Counted from the stretch's first letter, positions 26,595 through 36,008 are shown. The stretch: DNA of 40,784 nucleotides from Acidobacteriota bacterium (GCA_016199665.1 JACQGG010000040.1:1-40784), one strand, 5' to 3'. Notes: generated from the letters alone by a model not told the origin. A program made the numbers and translations.

Positions 26595-27218
26595 TCAGCC
26601 CAGGGGAGAGGCGGTTTTGGATCGAAGGTAGACCCGCGTCGAAAGCGTGATCGAGTTGGCTTTTTTCGTCTGCGGATCGGCCAGGGCAGAGACGGCTTCC
26701 AGGGTGATGGCAACCTGAGTCACCTGCGACATATCCGTGGTGGCGACCCCGGCACTGTCATAGAAGTCGAATCGTAATTGGCCGATATTTTCGGCTAGAG
26801 TGTCCTCTCCGTAGCCTGCATCCAACAGAACCTGCTTCGTCTGACTGTCGTACCGGACAGTGATTTGCTCGAATGCTGCAGTAAGTTGTTTATCTGGATC
26901 TCCAAAGCTGTCCAGCGGACTCTGTGCCGCCTGAGAGCCGGTCAGGTCGCTGCGAATCGTCAAGGTATTCTCCGAATAACTGAGCGGGGAGAAGGTTGCA
27001 TTCAGGGGATTATTCCCTGCCTGGCGCACGTAGCGCGCAATCAGATCCAGCGAGATCCGGGCGCTTTGAGTGGCGGCCGCATAGTCCTGCATTCCATGAT
27101 AGAGCTGTTGATTTTCGCGGACGAGAACCAGGATCGAACCGGAGAGGATGGTCAGGATCGTCAGAGAAATCATCAGTTCGATGAGGCTAAAGCCATATTG
27201 GCGGCGGGCGGCACTCAT
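26595..27218 (-). CDS. Type IV minor pilin (PilW-like, prepilin N-terminal methylation domain)
   Basis: MSAARRQYG|FSLIELMISLTILTILSGSILVLV, E at +5. ATGA overlap with the upstream gene (27215-27218). The subtype label rests on gene order and size only. Confidence 0.8.
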   Translation of the reverse strand: MSAARRQYGFSLIELMISLTILTILSGSILVLVRENQQLYHGMQDYAAATQSARISLDLIARYVRQAGNNPLNATFSPLSYSENTLTIRSDLTGSQAAQSPLDSFGDPDKQLTAAFEQITVRYDSQTKQVLLDAGYGEDTLAENIGQLRFDFYDSAGVATTDMSQVTQVAITLEAVSALADPQTKKANSITLSTRVYLRSKTASPLG

Positions 27219-27649
27219 GGCGCCATATACCCGGTGAGCTGCACCGGGCGATTCTCCTTTACGTTGGCGCTTGCGGGCTGGACGGTTACCACAATGCTCA
27301 TTTGTTGTCCTCCGGTCGGGGTCACCGTCCAGGACACAATATACTGATGAGCACCGTCATGGGTGTCGGAATCTCCCGCGATGCCTACGGTAACCGGGCC
27401 ATGGCTGCCCGCGGTAAGATCGGACGAAGTGACGCCCGTGTTGAGGTCGCTGTTGTATTCACTTCTCAGATTCTCCAGTCTGTCCACTGCGACGGAAATT
27501 GCCATCGTGTTTGCCCGCCCGTAAGAGTTCTGCTGGACTGCGATCACGAACAAAAGCGCCGTCCCCAGAAGGCCGGTTGTCAGTACCAAGAGGGCGATCA
27601 TTGATTCCAGTAAAGTGAATCCGCGACTGGCCGCAACCTGTCCCCTCAT
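27215..27649 (-). CDS. Type IV minor pilin (PilV-like)
   Basis: MRGQVAASRG|FTLLESMIALLVLTTGLLGTALL, then ..AISVAVDRLENLRS.. as is usual for PilV-type pilins. Confidence 0.8.
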   Translation of the reverse strand: MRGQVAASRGFTLLESMIALLVLTTGLLGTALLFVIAVQQNSYGRANTMAISVAVDRLENLRSEYNSDLNTGVTSSDLTAGSHGPVTVGIAGDSDTHDGAHQYIVSWTVTPTGGQQMSIVVTVQPASANVKENRPVQLTGYMAP

Positions 27650-27659
27650 TTGGCTTGTC

Positions 27660-28085
27660 TCACTGAAGGGTCACACTTCCAGAGGCAGTCACGGTGATCA
27701 AGCGACTGAAGGCGCTGTTGCCCACACGGATCGTTCCACCTTGCGCGTTTCCCCCGGGATAGAAGGTCAGAGTCTGGGTTGGAAGTGATTGAAATGCAAC
27801 GCCGCTGGGTAGCGTTCTGCTTGCGCGAGGCGGATTGGGACTGTCGGCTGGATCGACGACCTGATAGGAACCATCATCCTGCAGCGTCACCTGCAATGAA
27901 GCGTTACGCGTTACCGCCAGCAGCCTTGCCGTCTGTAATTCGCTGACCAGCTGATCGACAGCTATGGTGACCCGGTAATTATTTTGTGCGGCGTCGAAGG
28001 TGGGAAGAGTGAAAGAAACGAGGACGGCGGCGACGGCCGCCGCGGCCATGACTTCCAGTATGGAGACGCCTCGATTAGATCGCAT
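27660..28085 (-). CDS. Type IV minor pilin, GspH/FimT-like
   Basis: MRSNRG|VSILEVMAAAAVAAVLVSFTLP with E at +5, followed by ..AVDQLVSELQTARLLAVTRNASLQVTL.. (GspH-domain style). Alternative starts are ATG 28100 and TTG 28106. Confidence 0.8.
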   Translation of the reverse strand: MRSNRGVSILEVMAAAAVAAVLVSFTLPTFDAAQNNYRVTIAVDQLVSELQTARLLAVTRNASLQVTLQDDGSYQVVDPADSPNPPRASRTLPSGVAFQSLPTQTLTFYPGGNAQGGTIRVGNSAFSRLITVTASGSVTLQ

Positions 28086-28260
28086 CAGGGGAACGAGCAT
28101 AGCCAAACCCAGTTTGAAATGTCAGTGAGGGTTCTCACAGATGGCGGACACGCAACCGCCAGAAAAACCCGGGGAATGGGCGGTTCAGGGGGGTGACTCT
28201 CATCACACGCACGGGGGGGTGGAAGCAGGTATCATCGAATCGCTTCAGGAGCGTGTCGAC

Positions 28261-29715
28261 ATGACCACCGATCTTTCCTTCCGTGACTCTGAGAAAGGTG
28301 TGGCGCTGGTCTTCGTGTTGCTTCTTTTAATGCTGATGATGGCCCTGGGCCTGGCGTTTGTAGTGCAGTCCGGTATAGAGTACCAGGCCAGCGAAAACTT
28401 CGTAACCCACCAGCAGGCGCTTGCGATTGCAGAAGCGGGGTTAAATCTGGTGAAGCCGGCGATTCAGCAGACCGATTTTAGCGCGATCCTGTCGCTGGAC
28501 GCGTTTGTGCCCGCTTACAGTACAGGGGATCTGCCCCTGGCAGGGAGCGACAATTTACGGAATGCGATTTCGACGCGCGCCGCCCGAAATGTCGACTTCA
28601 ACTCGCCGCCGGCGCCGGTCACGACCTACGCGGCCACCGGCCTTTTGACTCCTCCCACGGGCCAGCCGTATGGGATGGGGCGCTATTTTGCCAAGGTTTC
28701 CAACAATTCCACCGGCGGCAGCGGTTCGATTTTTGGCCAAGATCCTGACCCCGGCAATGATACGGACTTTCGCATCCTGGTTCGAGTCACCGGCATTTAT
28801 CCGACCTTTGCCAATGACAAGGTGAGCGGAAGCAGCACGGTCAGAAATTCCGTTGCTATCATTGAGTCCATGTTCAAGCGCAACATGGCGCTGAACCTGC
28901 AAAGTGCGCTGAGCATCAATGGTCCGTCGGTGAGCGCGAAGTTCAATGGGGTTAAGTTTGACGTGGACGGCTACAACCACAACGGAATGACGCGCGAGCA
29001 GATCATGGCGCCGCACACAGAAAATGCCAGCGGCGCCATGCCCGGTCTGGGCGTCATCTACGACAATCCTTCCGGGGGAGATGGAACTGAAATCGCTTCG
29101 TCGTTGTACGATCAGCTCGACTTGAAGCAGAGCAATAACGTTATCGGCGCTTCCGGAATTCACGTGGATGACACGCCGTCGGTTGCCGACGTCACCAATG
29201 CGCTCCGGACCGCCGACAATCCCGACTACGGTTTAGTCCTGAATCCCAACTTCACCGGACAATTCGTCAACGCGATAAGACCGTACGCCCACAACTACTA
29301 CGCGACCTCGCAACATTGGAGTGGGGAGAATACCGTAATTGGGACGGATGCAAGCCCGGCGATTACCTATGTTGACGGGGATCTCAAGGTTGATGGGAAC
29401 GGCGCTGGCACCGGCATCCTGGTGGTGACTGGGACACTAGAGGTCGGCGGGTCGTTTCAGTTCGACGGCGTCGTTCTGGTGGTGGGCACAGGAGCCATTA
29501 ATTTCCACGGCGCCAATGAGGGTTTCATTGGAGGAATGTACATCCAAAACCTCACTCAGAACGCCGATGGAAATTATGTCTCCGGACAAACGACTCTTAC
29601 CCTGAGCGGAAACTCAGACATTTACTTCAGTGGCGACATGATACAAATGGGCCTGCGCTTGTTGCCTTTGGCAATGACAGAATGGCGCGAAATCACTCCT
29701 GAAATCTCCAAATAG
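28261..29715 (+). CDS. PilX-like pilus assembly protein (PilX_N-type N-terminus, large C-terminal domain)
   Basis: ATG 28261 is preceded by AGGAG. ..EKGVALVFVLLLLMLMMALGLAFVVQSGIEYQASENFVTHQQALAIAEAGLNLV.. matches the PilX N-terminal domain pattern. The C-terminus has ..GTGILVVTGTLEVGGSFQFDGVVLVVG... The track start at 28141 adds 40 non-family residues. Confidence 0.75.
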   Translation: MTTDLSFRDSEKGVALVFVLLLLMLMMALGLAFVVQSGIEYQASENFVTHQQALAIAEAGLNLVKPAIQQTDFSAILSLDAFVPAYSTGDLPLAGSDNLRNAISTRAARNVDFNSPPAPVTTYAATGLLTPPTGQPYGMGRYFAKVSNNSTGGSGSIFGQDPDPGNDTDFRILVRVTGIYPTFANDKVSGSSTVRNSVAIIESMFKRNMALNLQSALSINGPSVSAKFNGVKFDVDGYNHNGMTREQIMAPHTENASGAMPGLGVIYDNPSGGDGTEIASSLYDQLDLKQSNNVIGASGIHVDDTPSVADVTNALRTADNPDYGLVLNPNFTGQFVNAIRPYAHNYYATSQHWSGENTVIGTDASPAITYVDGDLKVDGNGAGTGILVVTGTLEVGGSFQFDGVVLVVGTGAINFHGANEGFIGGMYIQNLTQNADGNYVSGQTTLTLSGNSDIYFSGDMIQMGLRLLPLAMTEWREITPEISK

Positions 29716-29731
29716 CGCCAGCCTTGCTTGC

Positions 29732-29750
29732 TGCCGCGCGCAGCGCGGCA
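29732..29750. terminator. Hairpin TGCCGCGC-gca-GCGCGGCA between the convergent PilX-like and GT-C genes
   Basis: Perfect 8-bp GC-rich stem, followed by TTGTCTTG on the plus strand. Weak U-tract. Confidence 0.35.
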
Positions 29751-29765
29751 TTGTCTTGCCGCTTC

Positions 29766-31832
29766 TCATGGCTCCATGACCTTCTTCAACTCGGCGGCCG
29801 CGGTTGGATTAAGCTGAGTCAGGACTTGATAGTGCTCCAGAGCCCGGCTGGGGTTGTGCAGATACAGATATGCCTTGCCGAGATTGAAGTGAGCCTCTGA
29901 CGAGTTCGGATTGAGGCGGACCGCTTCAGCAAAATGCTGCAGGGCTTCGTTCATCTTTCCCAGCCCGGCCAGTTCGATTCCCAAGTTGATGTGCGCGTCC
30001 ACGTAGCCGGGCCGCAGCTGCAGCGCCTGCGCATAGTGGGTGAAGGCTTCCTCAAGCCGGCCCGCCTGCGCCAGGGCTACTCCCAGGTTCATGTGCGCCT
30101 CTGCGTAGTCGGGTTTACTCCGAAGGGCCGCCAGATAGTGGGCGATCGCCTCCTCTGACCGGCCCTGTCCTGCCAGAACCAGCCCCAGGTTGTAGTGGGC
30201 CTTGGCGTCGTTGGGATCAAAGCGCAGTGCCAGCGCAAACTGCGCAATGGCCTCGTTGACATTGCCGCGGGAGGCCAGTTCGATTCCAACGTTTACGTGG
30301 GCCTCCGTTTGGCCGGGCCGGATCTGCAAGGCCGCTGCGTAATGCTCCATTGCCTCGTCGACTCTTCCTTTGGCAGCCAGCGCCGCGCCAATGTTGTTGT
30401 GCGCATGCACATACCGAGGCCGAATCTTCAGGGCTTCCGAATATTGCGCGATCGCCTCATCCAGCCTGCCCTCCTGAGCCAGTAGATAGCCGAGATTGTT
30501 GTACGCCAGATAGTTGTCGGGAACCGCGCGGATCGCATGGTCAAACAGAGTGGCCGTGTCACGCCAGTAGCCAACCTGAAACCAGGTGCACACCGCCAGG
30601 GCTGAAATCAGGACCCCGGCTGAAGCCCGCAGCATGGCACGCCCGTACACCCGTTTTTCAACGAGTTGCGTGGCGCCCCAGGCAAGAATGATAAACAAAC
30701 CGATCAGGGGTACGTAGCTGTAACGGTCGGCCATCGCCTGGCCGCCGACCTGCACAAACCCGATGACGGGAACCAGGGTTCCCAGGTACCAGAACCATCC
30801 GACCGCCAGATAGGGAACCCGGGCTGCGGCACGAAGGATGAAGGCGGTTGCACACAGCAGCAAGAGCAACGCCACGCCGACCTGCCACAAAGGAATGCTG
30901 TGGCCCGGATGTGGATAGAAGGCCGCAAGCTTGGCGGGCCAGGTCATCTTCTGGGCATATTTCGCATAACTGACGATGACATTGGCCAAGCGCGCCCCAA
31001 GCGAAAGATCCTCCAGGGTCTGCACTGCGCCCCAGGAACGCTGAGCCGCGATAGTGATAAACGAAGAAATCGCGCTTAGGACAAACAACGGAATCTTTTC
31101 GCGGATCAGTTTCCAGGCCGTCCAAGATTGCCTGCCGAAGGGCGCGGCATGCAGAGAGTAGCGTCCCAGCGGCCAATAGTCGAGCAAAAGCAGCACGAAA
31201 GGCAGTGTGACGAGCATCGGCTTGGACATCAATCCCGCGACAAAAGCGACGGCAACTCTCAGGTAGCGGCCCGGGCTCGGGCGCCGCGCGTAAGCCGTAT
31301 AGGCGAGCAGCGTCAGCATCCAGAAAAAAGTGCTGAGCACATCCTTGCGCTCGGCCACCCAGGCGACCGATTCCACATGCAGGGGATGAATGGCAAAGAG
31401 CAGAGCGACGATGGCGCTGCGCCCCAGGGCGCCGGTCGTCTGCGTCAGTACCAGAAAGAGAAGAACGGTGTTGGCGAGGTGGAACAACAGACTGGTCAGA
31501 TGATGTCCGCCGGGATTCAGCCCGAATAGCTGGCAGTCGAGCATGTGTGAGAGCCAGGTCAGAGGGTGCCAGTTGGCGCCGTGAGTTGTGGTAAGGGCCC
31601 AACGCAGCCCGGCTCCACTGAGGCCTTCCTGGACTTGGCGGTTTCCCGTCACGTTCATGTTGTCGTCATACAGCACAAAGTCATGGCTGATCACCTGGGC
31701 AAAACCGAGCAAGGGGATGAGCAGGAGAATCGGGATTGTCAACAACCGGCTGCGCTCGCGGGAAATGAGACTCTTAATCACGTCTTCTATCAGGGCCCGC
31801 CGGGGCGAGAAAGGAGGGCCGGACAAGGTCAT
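29766..31832 (-). CDS. Membrane GT-C-fold glycosyltransferase (TMTC / DUF1736-like) fused to ~8 C-terminal TPR repeats
   Basis: About 10 TM helices. ..FAIHPLHVESVAWVAERKDVLSTFFWMLTL.. and ..LVTLPFVLLLLDYWPL.. resemble the TMTC/DUF1736 family. The C-terminal 34-aa repeats are AH.N[LI]G..LA..G...EA[IM].H[YF]..AL...P. The track start 31862 is GTG; ATG 31832 is used here. Confidence 0.85.
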   Translation of the reverse strand: MTLSGPPFSPRRALIEDVIKSLISRERSRLLTIPILLLIPLLGFAQVISHDFVLYDDNMNVTGNRQVQEGLSGAGLRWALTTTHGANWHPLTWLSHMLDCQLFGLNPGGHHLTSLLFHLANTVLLFLVLTQTTGALGRSAIVALLFAIHPLHVESVAWVAERKDVLSTFFWMLTLLAYTAYARRPSPGRYLRVAVAFVAGLMSKPMLVTLPFVLLLLDYWPLGRYSLHAAPFGRQSWTAWKLIREKIPLFVLSAISSFITIAAQRSWGAVQTLEDLSLGARLANVIVSYAKYAQKMTWPAKLAAFYPHPGHSIPLWQVGVALLLLLCATAFILRAAARVPYLAVGWFWYLGTLVPVIGFVQVGGQAMADRYSYVPLIGLFIILAWGATQLVEKRVYGRAMLRASAGVLISALAVCTWFQVGYWRDTATLFDHAIRAVPDNYLAYNNLGYLLAQEGRLDEAIAQYSEALKIRPRYVHAHNNIGAALAAKGRVDEAMEHYAAALQIRPGQTEAHVNVGIELASRGNVNEAIAQFALALRFDPNDAKAHYNLGLVLAGQGRSEEAIAHYLAALRSKPDYAEAHMNLGVALAQAGRLEEAFTHYAQALQLRPGYVDAHINLGIELAGLGKMNEALQHFAEAVRLNPNSSEAHFNLGKAYLYLHNPSRALEHYQVLTQLNPTAAAELKKVMEP

Positions 31833-31975
31833 TGTAAGGGATGAACCAAATTTTCCGGGCACATTTTGAGACTGCCGCCGATCACAGGCTGATCCGGGTG
31901 CCCCAATCCTGTTACAATGAAACGGTCAGGCCCTCGCCCGGCTCCAGTCGACGAGGGGTGAACAGGGGTCAGGTT

Positions 31976-32740
31976 ATGAGCACCAAGGCTGCCGAAATGG
32001 CGGGCATCGCCGGAGTGGACGCCGGCGCCATACCGTATCCCAAGCAGCATCCCATGTTGATCTACCTGAGCGGCCTCGCCAGCACCGGCAAGACTAGAAT
32101 TGCGCATGGACTGGAGTACGCGCTGCGGCGTGAGGGAATTCAGGTGCAGTACCAGTGGCTTTCCGGAGGCAATTCGACATTTGCGGAAATTGTGGTTCGA
32201 CTCTGCCGATTCCAGCCCGAAGACGCATTGCGTCTGCGGCAGCCTCCGGGCCTTGGAAAAGACCTTCACTCCTGGTCCAGGAAGGTTTTCTGGTACCTGC
32301 TCGTGGCGCTTGACCTGCTCCAGTTTTGCGTATTCAGAGTTCGGCTGCCTCTGCTGCTGGGCAAGGTAGTCATTTGCGACGGCACCCCATTTGACACATT
32401 CAATGACATCGCCCATCGCTGCGAGCGGGATCCCGGGTCTTCCCAGATGAACGCCTTCGAAAGGCTGTTCCATTTTCTGTATCCCGAGCCGGATCTGCAT
32501 TATCTGCTTTTGGGAAGCTCGGAAGAAATGGACCGGCCGGACGAAACGCCGCACCTTTCAAGTGAAGCGGACCTTCCCGTTCAGTGCCGGTTATACCTGA
32601 CTCGTTATCGGAAGCACGCCCGGTTTCTGGTCAAGAGGCCGGATGGGGATTTCGACCGCCTGAAACGGGAAATTGTCCGCGAGAGCGTCAAGAAGTACTG
32701 GGAAATGGCGCAGTCCAGCAAGGGCGCGGGTCGCGAATAG
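31976..32740 (+). CDS. P-loop NTPase, thymidylate-kinase-like
   Basis: Walker A in ..MLIYLSGLASTGKTRIA..; ..VVICDGTPFDTFNDIAH.. resembles the Tmk V[IV]xDR[YF]xxS segment. The 45 codons from the track start at 31841 look non-coding and overlap the divergent gene's start region. Confidence 0.5.
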   Translation: MSTKAAEMAGIAGVDAGAIPYPKQHPMLIYLSGLASTGKTRIAHGLEYALRREGIQVQYQWLSGGNSTFAEIVVRLCRFQPEDALRLRQPPGLGKDLHSWSRKVFWYLLVALDLLQFCVFRVRLPLLLGKVVICDGTPFDTFNDIAHRCERDPGSSQMNAFERLFHFLYPEPDLHYLLLGSSEEMDRPDETPHLSSEADLPVQCRLYLTRYRKHARFLVKRPDGDFDRLKREIVRESVKKYWEMAQSSKGAGRE

Positions 32741-32845
32741 GGGCTTTGTTTTTCAAGGCAGCAACGGGGCGCTCCCGAGTGTCGCGCGCATTTGCCGAGC
32801 GCGATACTAGCGGCGGGGCGAACCCGTGACGCACTATATACTCGG

Positions 32846-33469
32846 ATGAAAAGGTTGCCGGTATTGGTTCCACTGTTGTTTTGCTGCGTGTGCCGGGCTG
32901 CGGCGGCCGATGTGTCCATTCGCAACTTGTTGCTGGGTGGTGGCTTTCCCGCCGAGATCAAAAGCAAGAAAGGGGTGGCGCGATGGGATCAAATCGATCA
33001 AGTCCTAAACCAGAAGGTTTTGCCAAACATGCGCCGGCTGCCCGCGGCGATGCGTGCGGAGATGGAGAAAGGATCGACAAGGGATTCCGCCTCGGAAAGA
33101 GAACAACTCAGGGTGATGCTGGCATCCAGCCGCGTTCTCTTTTCTGACCTCTTCCGGATTGGAGAAAGTGATTTGTTCCCGCTGACCAACAGTGTGCTAA
33201 AACTCGCTCCAGAGGAATCACTCCTGGGTATTAGCGTGTTCGAAAAGTCCGGACAAAGCCTGGGGACCTTTGCCGGAAAGAGCCGTTACGAGCGTGGGGG
33301 CGATCTTTACGGAGCCCGCGCCTATACGCTGGTCACTTTTGAGTATGAGACGCCGCAAGGCGAATATCGCTCCGCAGGTACGGACAATCTTCTGGATAAG
33401 TTTGTGGTGCGCTGGAGGGACATCAAGACGCGTCCGGCCCTCGATCTCGTCCCCCTGGTTGCACCCTAG
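32846..33469 (+). CDS. Hypothetical secreted protein
   Basis: ATG 32846 gives the signal peptide MKRLPVLVPLLFCCVCRAAAA. The track start 32792 is TTG. No family recognised and no obvious SD. Confidence 0.5.
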   Translation: MKRLPVLVPLLFCCVCRAAAADVSIRNLLLGGGFPAEIKSKKGVARWDQIDQVLNQKVLPNMRRLPAAMRAEMEKGSTRDSASEREQLRVMLASSRVLFSDLFRIGESDLFPLTNSVLKLAPEESLLGISVFEKSGQSLGTFAGKSRYERGGDLYGARAYTLVTFEYETPQGEYRSAGTDNLLDKFVVRWRDIKTRPALDLVPLVAP

Positions 33470-33542
33470 CCTCGAATCCACAAAGACGATCCCATTTGTG
33501 GTCCGCGACGGGACCGTGTTCACAAATCGAGAAACGCTGGAC

Positions 33543-33571
33543 TTGCCGCCTCGTCACGAATGCAATATTAT
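33543..33571 (+). promoter_or_regulatory. Sigma-70-like promoter candidate TTGCCG - 17 nt - TATTAT upstream of the GAF-like/aminotransferase pair
   Basis: Pattern match only: -35 at 33543-33548 and -10 at 33566-33571, about 70 nt upstream of ATG 33643. Confidence 0.3.
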
Positions 33572-33642
33572 GACGCCCCAGTAGCGTTGCGGGAAGCAGC
33601 CGCGCAACGGCCCTCCCAAATGACATGAGGAGAAAACGATTC

Positions 33643-34767
33643 ATGGCCGGGCAGGATTCACAGACTCACCCACTGGAAGCTTTCGTTCGGGGATACTTCC
33701 AGGATCTAACACAGGATTTGCAGCAGGTCAGGGACCGGCTGGATCAATTGCGGGACAGATTGGCAAGCCGGTTGGACGGCATGATGCGGGAGCCGTACCT
33801 GCAGGAGCTGTCGCATCGTCTTGACGAGCTGGTTGACGAGCTGGCGCGCCGTGAAGCCGCCGGTACCAGATTGGCGGCAGCTTTTGGGACCCTCACGGCG
33901 GCATCCGAGGAAAACGATGTACTGGATGCTTTGACCCGCCACGGGCAGGCGATGGCGTCGCGCATACTGCTGCTGGTGAAACGAGCAGACCGATGGGTAC
34001 GGTTCCGGGATGGCAGGCTTGAAGAGCAGACCTGCTGGAAAGAAAATGAGCCGACGGTTTTTCAACGGGCCGCGGCGGAGCGAACCGTGATTGCCGATGA
34101 AAGTTCACGTTTTCCGGCCCATCGCAGACTTCACGAAGAACTGGGGGGCGAGGCCGCGTATTGCGTCGCTATCCCGTTGGTTTTCGGCGACTGCGTTCCG
34201 GCTGTCCTGTACGCGGATGCTCCCGATCATGAACACCTGGATGTCACCGGCCTTGAAATTCTCTGCCAGGGAGCCCGGCTGGCTATTCGAGCGCTGCGGG
34301 CGCCCGAGCGGCATGCGACGGTTGAACGATCGCCCGCTGAGGCGGCTGCTTCCAGGCATCCTCTTCCTGGCCACCCCGGCGAGGAGACCGGAGTCTCGCC
34401 ACTCCAATCCGAGCTACCCGCGGCCCCCCCGACAGAGGCCCCTGTGGACGCCGTCCCCCCGGCGTCGCAGACCGGGGATGAAGGGCGCCAGCATGCGGAT
34501 GCTCTGCGCTTTGCCCGCCTGCTGGTTTCGGAATTGAAGCTCTACAACGAACAGGCAGTGGCGGAAGGTCGGCGCCGGCACGACCTCTATTTGCGTTTAA
34601 AGCAGGACATTGATCGGAGCCGGCTCATGTACGGGCGGAGAGTATCGCCGGCCCTCACTCGCCACCGGGACTATTTCCATGAAGAGGTGGTCAAGTTGCT
34701 GGCCGAAGGGGATGCCGGCGTGCTGGGGACGGAGTATCCCGGGTCTCAGGCTCTCCACATGCAATGA
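33643..34767 (+). CDS. Hypothetical protein with N-terminal coiled coil, central GAF-like domain, Pro-rich linker and conserved-looking C-terminal helical domain
   Basis: ATG 33643 has GAGGAG 10 nt upstream (ATG 33625 is the alternative). ..ENDVLDALTRHGQAMASRILLLVKRADRWVRF..AYCVAIPLVFGDCVPAVLYAD.. looks like a GAF fold. The C-terminus reads ..ALRFARLLVSELKLYNEQAV..LYLRLKQDIDRSRLMY... Domain calls are tentative. Confidence 0.55.
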   Translation: MAGQDSQTHPLEAFVRGYFQDLTQDLQQVRDRLDQLRDRLASRLDGMMREPYLQELSHRLDELVDELARREAAGTRLAAAFGTLTAASEENDVLDALTRHGQAMASRILLLVKRADRWVRFRDGRLEEQTCWKENEPTVFQRAAAERTVIADESSRFPAHRRLHEELGGEAAYCVAIPLVFGDCVPAVLYADAPDHEHLDVTGLEILCQGARLAIRALRAPERHATVERSPAEAAASRHPLPGHPGEETGVSPLQSELPAAPPTEAPVDAVPPASQTGDEGRQHADALRFARLLVSELKLYNEQAVAEGRRRHDLYLRLKQDIDRSRLMYGRRVSPALTRHRDYFHEEVVKLLAEGDAGVLGTEYPGSQALHMQ

Positions 34768-36008
34768 AGTCATTCGTTTCCAAGAAGGCCGCCCACTTTA
34801 CCGAATCGATCATTCGCGAGATGACAAGACTGGCCGCCAGGCACGGCGCCGTCAATCTTGCACAGGGCTTTCCGGATTTCCCGGCTCCAGAGCAGATCAA
34901 GGAAGCGGCCTGCCAGGCGATACTCGCCGACATAAACCAGTATGCCATCACCTGGGGCGCCAAAGGGCTGCGGGACGCGATTGCAGGAAAATACCAGGAA
35001 TTCTGGAACCTGACCCTCGACCCCGAGAAAGAGATCACCGTGTGTTGCGGCTCGACGGAAGCCATGATCGCGTCCTGTCTGGCACTGATCGATCCCGGGG
35101 ATGAGGTGGTGGTTTTCGAGCCTTTCTATGAAAACTACGGTCCCGACGTAATTCTGTCCGGCGCAGTTCCAAGGTTTGTCCCTTTGCATTATCCGGACTG
35201 GTCGTTTGATCCCGACCGGCTGGCTGCTGCTTTCGGTCCCAGGACTCGTGCCGTTATCGTCAACACTCCGAACAATCCCACTGGAAAAGTGTTCAGCAGG
35301 GAGGAATTGGAGTTTATCGCGCAACTGTGCCAGAAGTGGGATGCCCTTGCCATTACTGACGAGATCTACGAGCACATCATCTTCGATGGCCGGCAGCACG
35401 TTTTGATGTGCCAGCTACCCGGCATGCGTGAACGTACTGTCACCATTAACGGCATTTCCAAGACATACAGCTTGACCGGCTGGCGGATTGGCTTCGCCAT
35501 TGCTCCCGAAGCGCTTTCCAGCGCCATCCGGAAGGTTCATGACTTCCTCACGGTTGGAGCGGCGGCCCCTTTGCAGGAGGCGGCCGCGATTGGATTGCAT
35601 CTCTCCAAGGAGTACTATCGGCAACTGGCGCTCGACTATCAGCGGCGCCGGGACTTTCTCTACCAGTCGCTGCAGAGTGTTGGAATAGAAAGCGCGCTCC
35701 CCGGTGGCGCTTACTACATCATGTGTGACATCCGTCCCTTCGGGTATCCGGACGATGTCCAGTTTGTGAGGAACCTGACCGAAGTGATTGGTGTGGCGGC
35801 AGTGCCAGGGAGCAGCTTCTTCTCTGATCCCGCCGAAGGTCGTTCCTTCGTCCGATTCTGTTTCTGTAAGCGGGATGAAACACTGAAGCTGGCCTGCGAA
35901 CGTCTCCGTCGCCTTCAGGTTTCAGAAATGCCGACCCCTCTCGTGGCGGTCTCCGCCCCACCCCAGCGGCAGGCGACGCCGGCGCCTGGAACGGCTAAAG
36001 CCGAGTAA
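34764..36008 (+). CDS. PLP-dependent class I/II aminotransferase (methionine/kynurenine aminotransferase-like)
   Basis: ..FTESIIREMTRLAARHGAVNLAQGFPDF.., ..NQYAITWGAKGLRDAIA.., ..VIVNTPNNPTGKVF.., PLP-lysine motif SKTYSLTGWRIGF. ATGA overlap with the upstream stop (34764-34767). Confidence 0.92.
   Translation: MKSFVSKKAAHFTESIIREMTRLAARHGAVNLAQGFPDFPAPEQIKEAACQAILADINQYAITWGAKGLRDAIAGKYQEFWNLTLDPEKEITVCCGSTEAMIASCLALIDPGDEVVVFEPFYENYGPDVILSGAVPRFVPLHYPDWSFDPDRLAAAFGPRTRAVIVNTPNNPTGKVFSREELEFIAQLCQKWDALAITDEIYEHIIFDGRQHVLMCQLPGMRERTVTINGISKTYSLTGWRIGFAIAPEALSSAIRKVHDFLTVGAAAPLQEAAAIGLHLSKEYYRQLALDYQRRRDFLYQSLQSVGIESALPGGAYYIMCDIRPFGYPDDVQFVRNLTEVIGVAAVPGSSFFSDPAEGRSFVRFCFCKRDETLKLACERLRRLQVSEMPTPLVAVSAPPQRQATPAPGTAKAE

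Noticed and set aside
28107-28260. Search for a sigma-54 or strong sigma-70 promoter in the divergent minor-pilin / PilX-like intergenic region
   Set aside because: There is no GG-N10-GC element with flanking consensus. Only a lone TATCAT (28230-28235) is present, with no acceptable -35. The evidence is insufficient to annotate.
29800-30600. ~102-bp periodic similarity
   Set aside because: Explained by the 34-aa TPR units of the GT-C/TPR protein. It is not an independent repeat element.
30658-31602. 314-aa minus-strand ORF in an alternative frame of the GT-C gene
   Set aside because: It is on the same strand as, and wholly inside, the 698-aa ORF, which has TM helices and DUF1736-like motifs. 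The alternative frame is Arg/Pro/Ala-rich and looks like noise.
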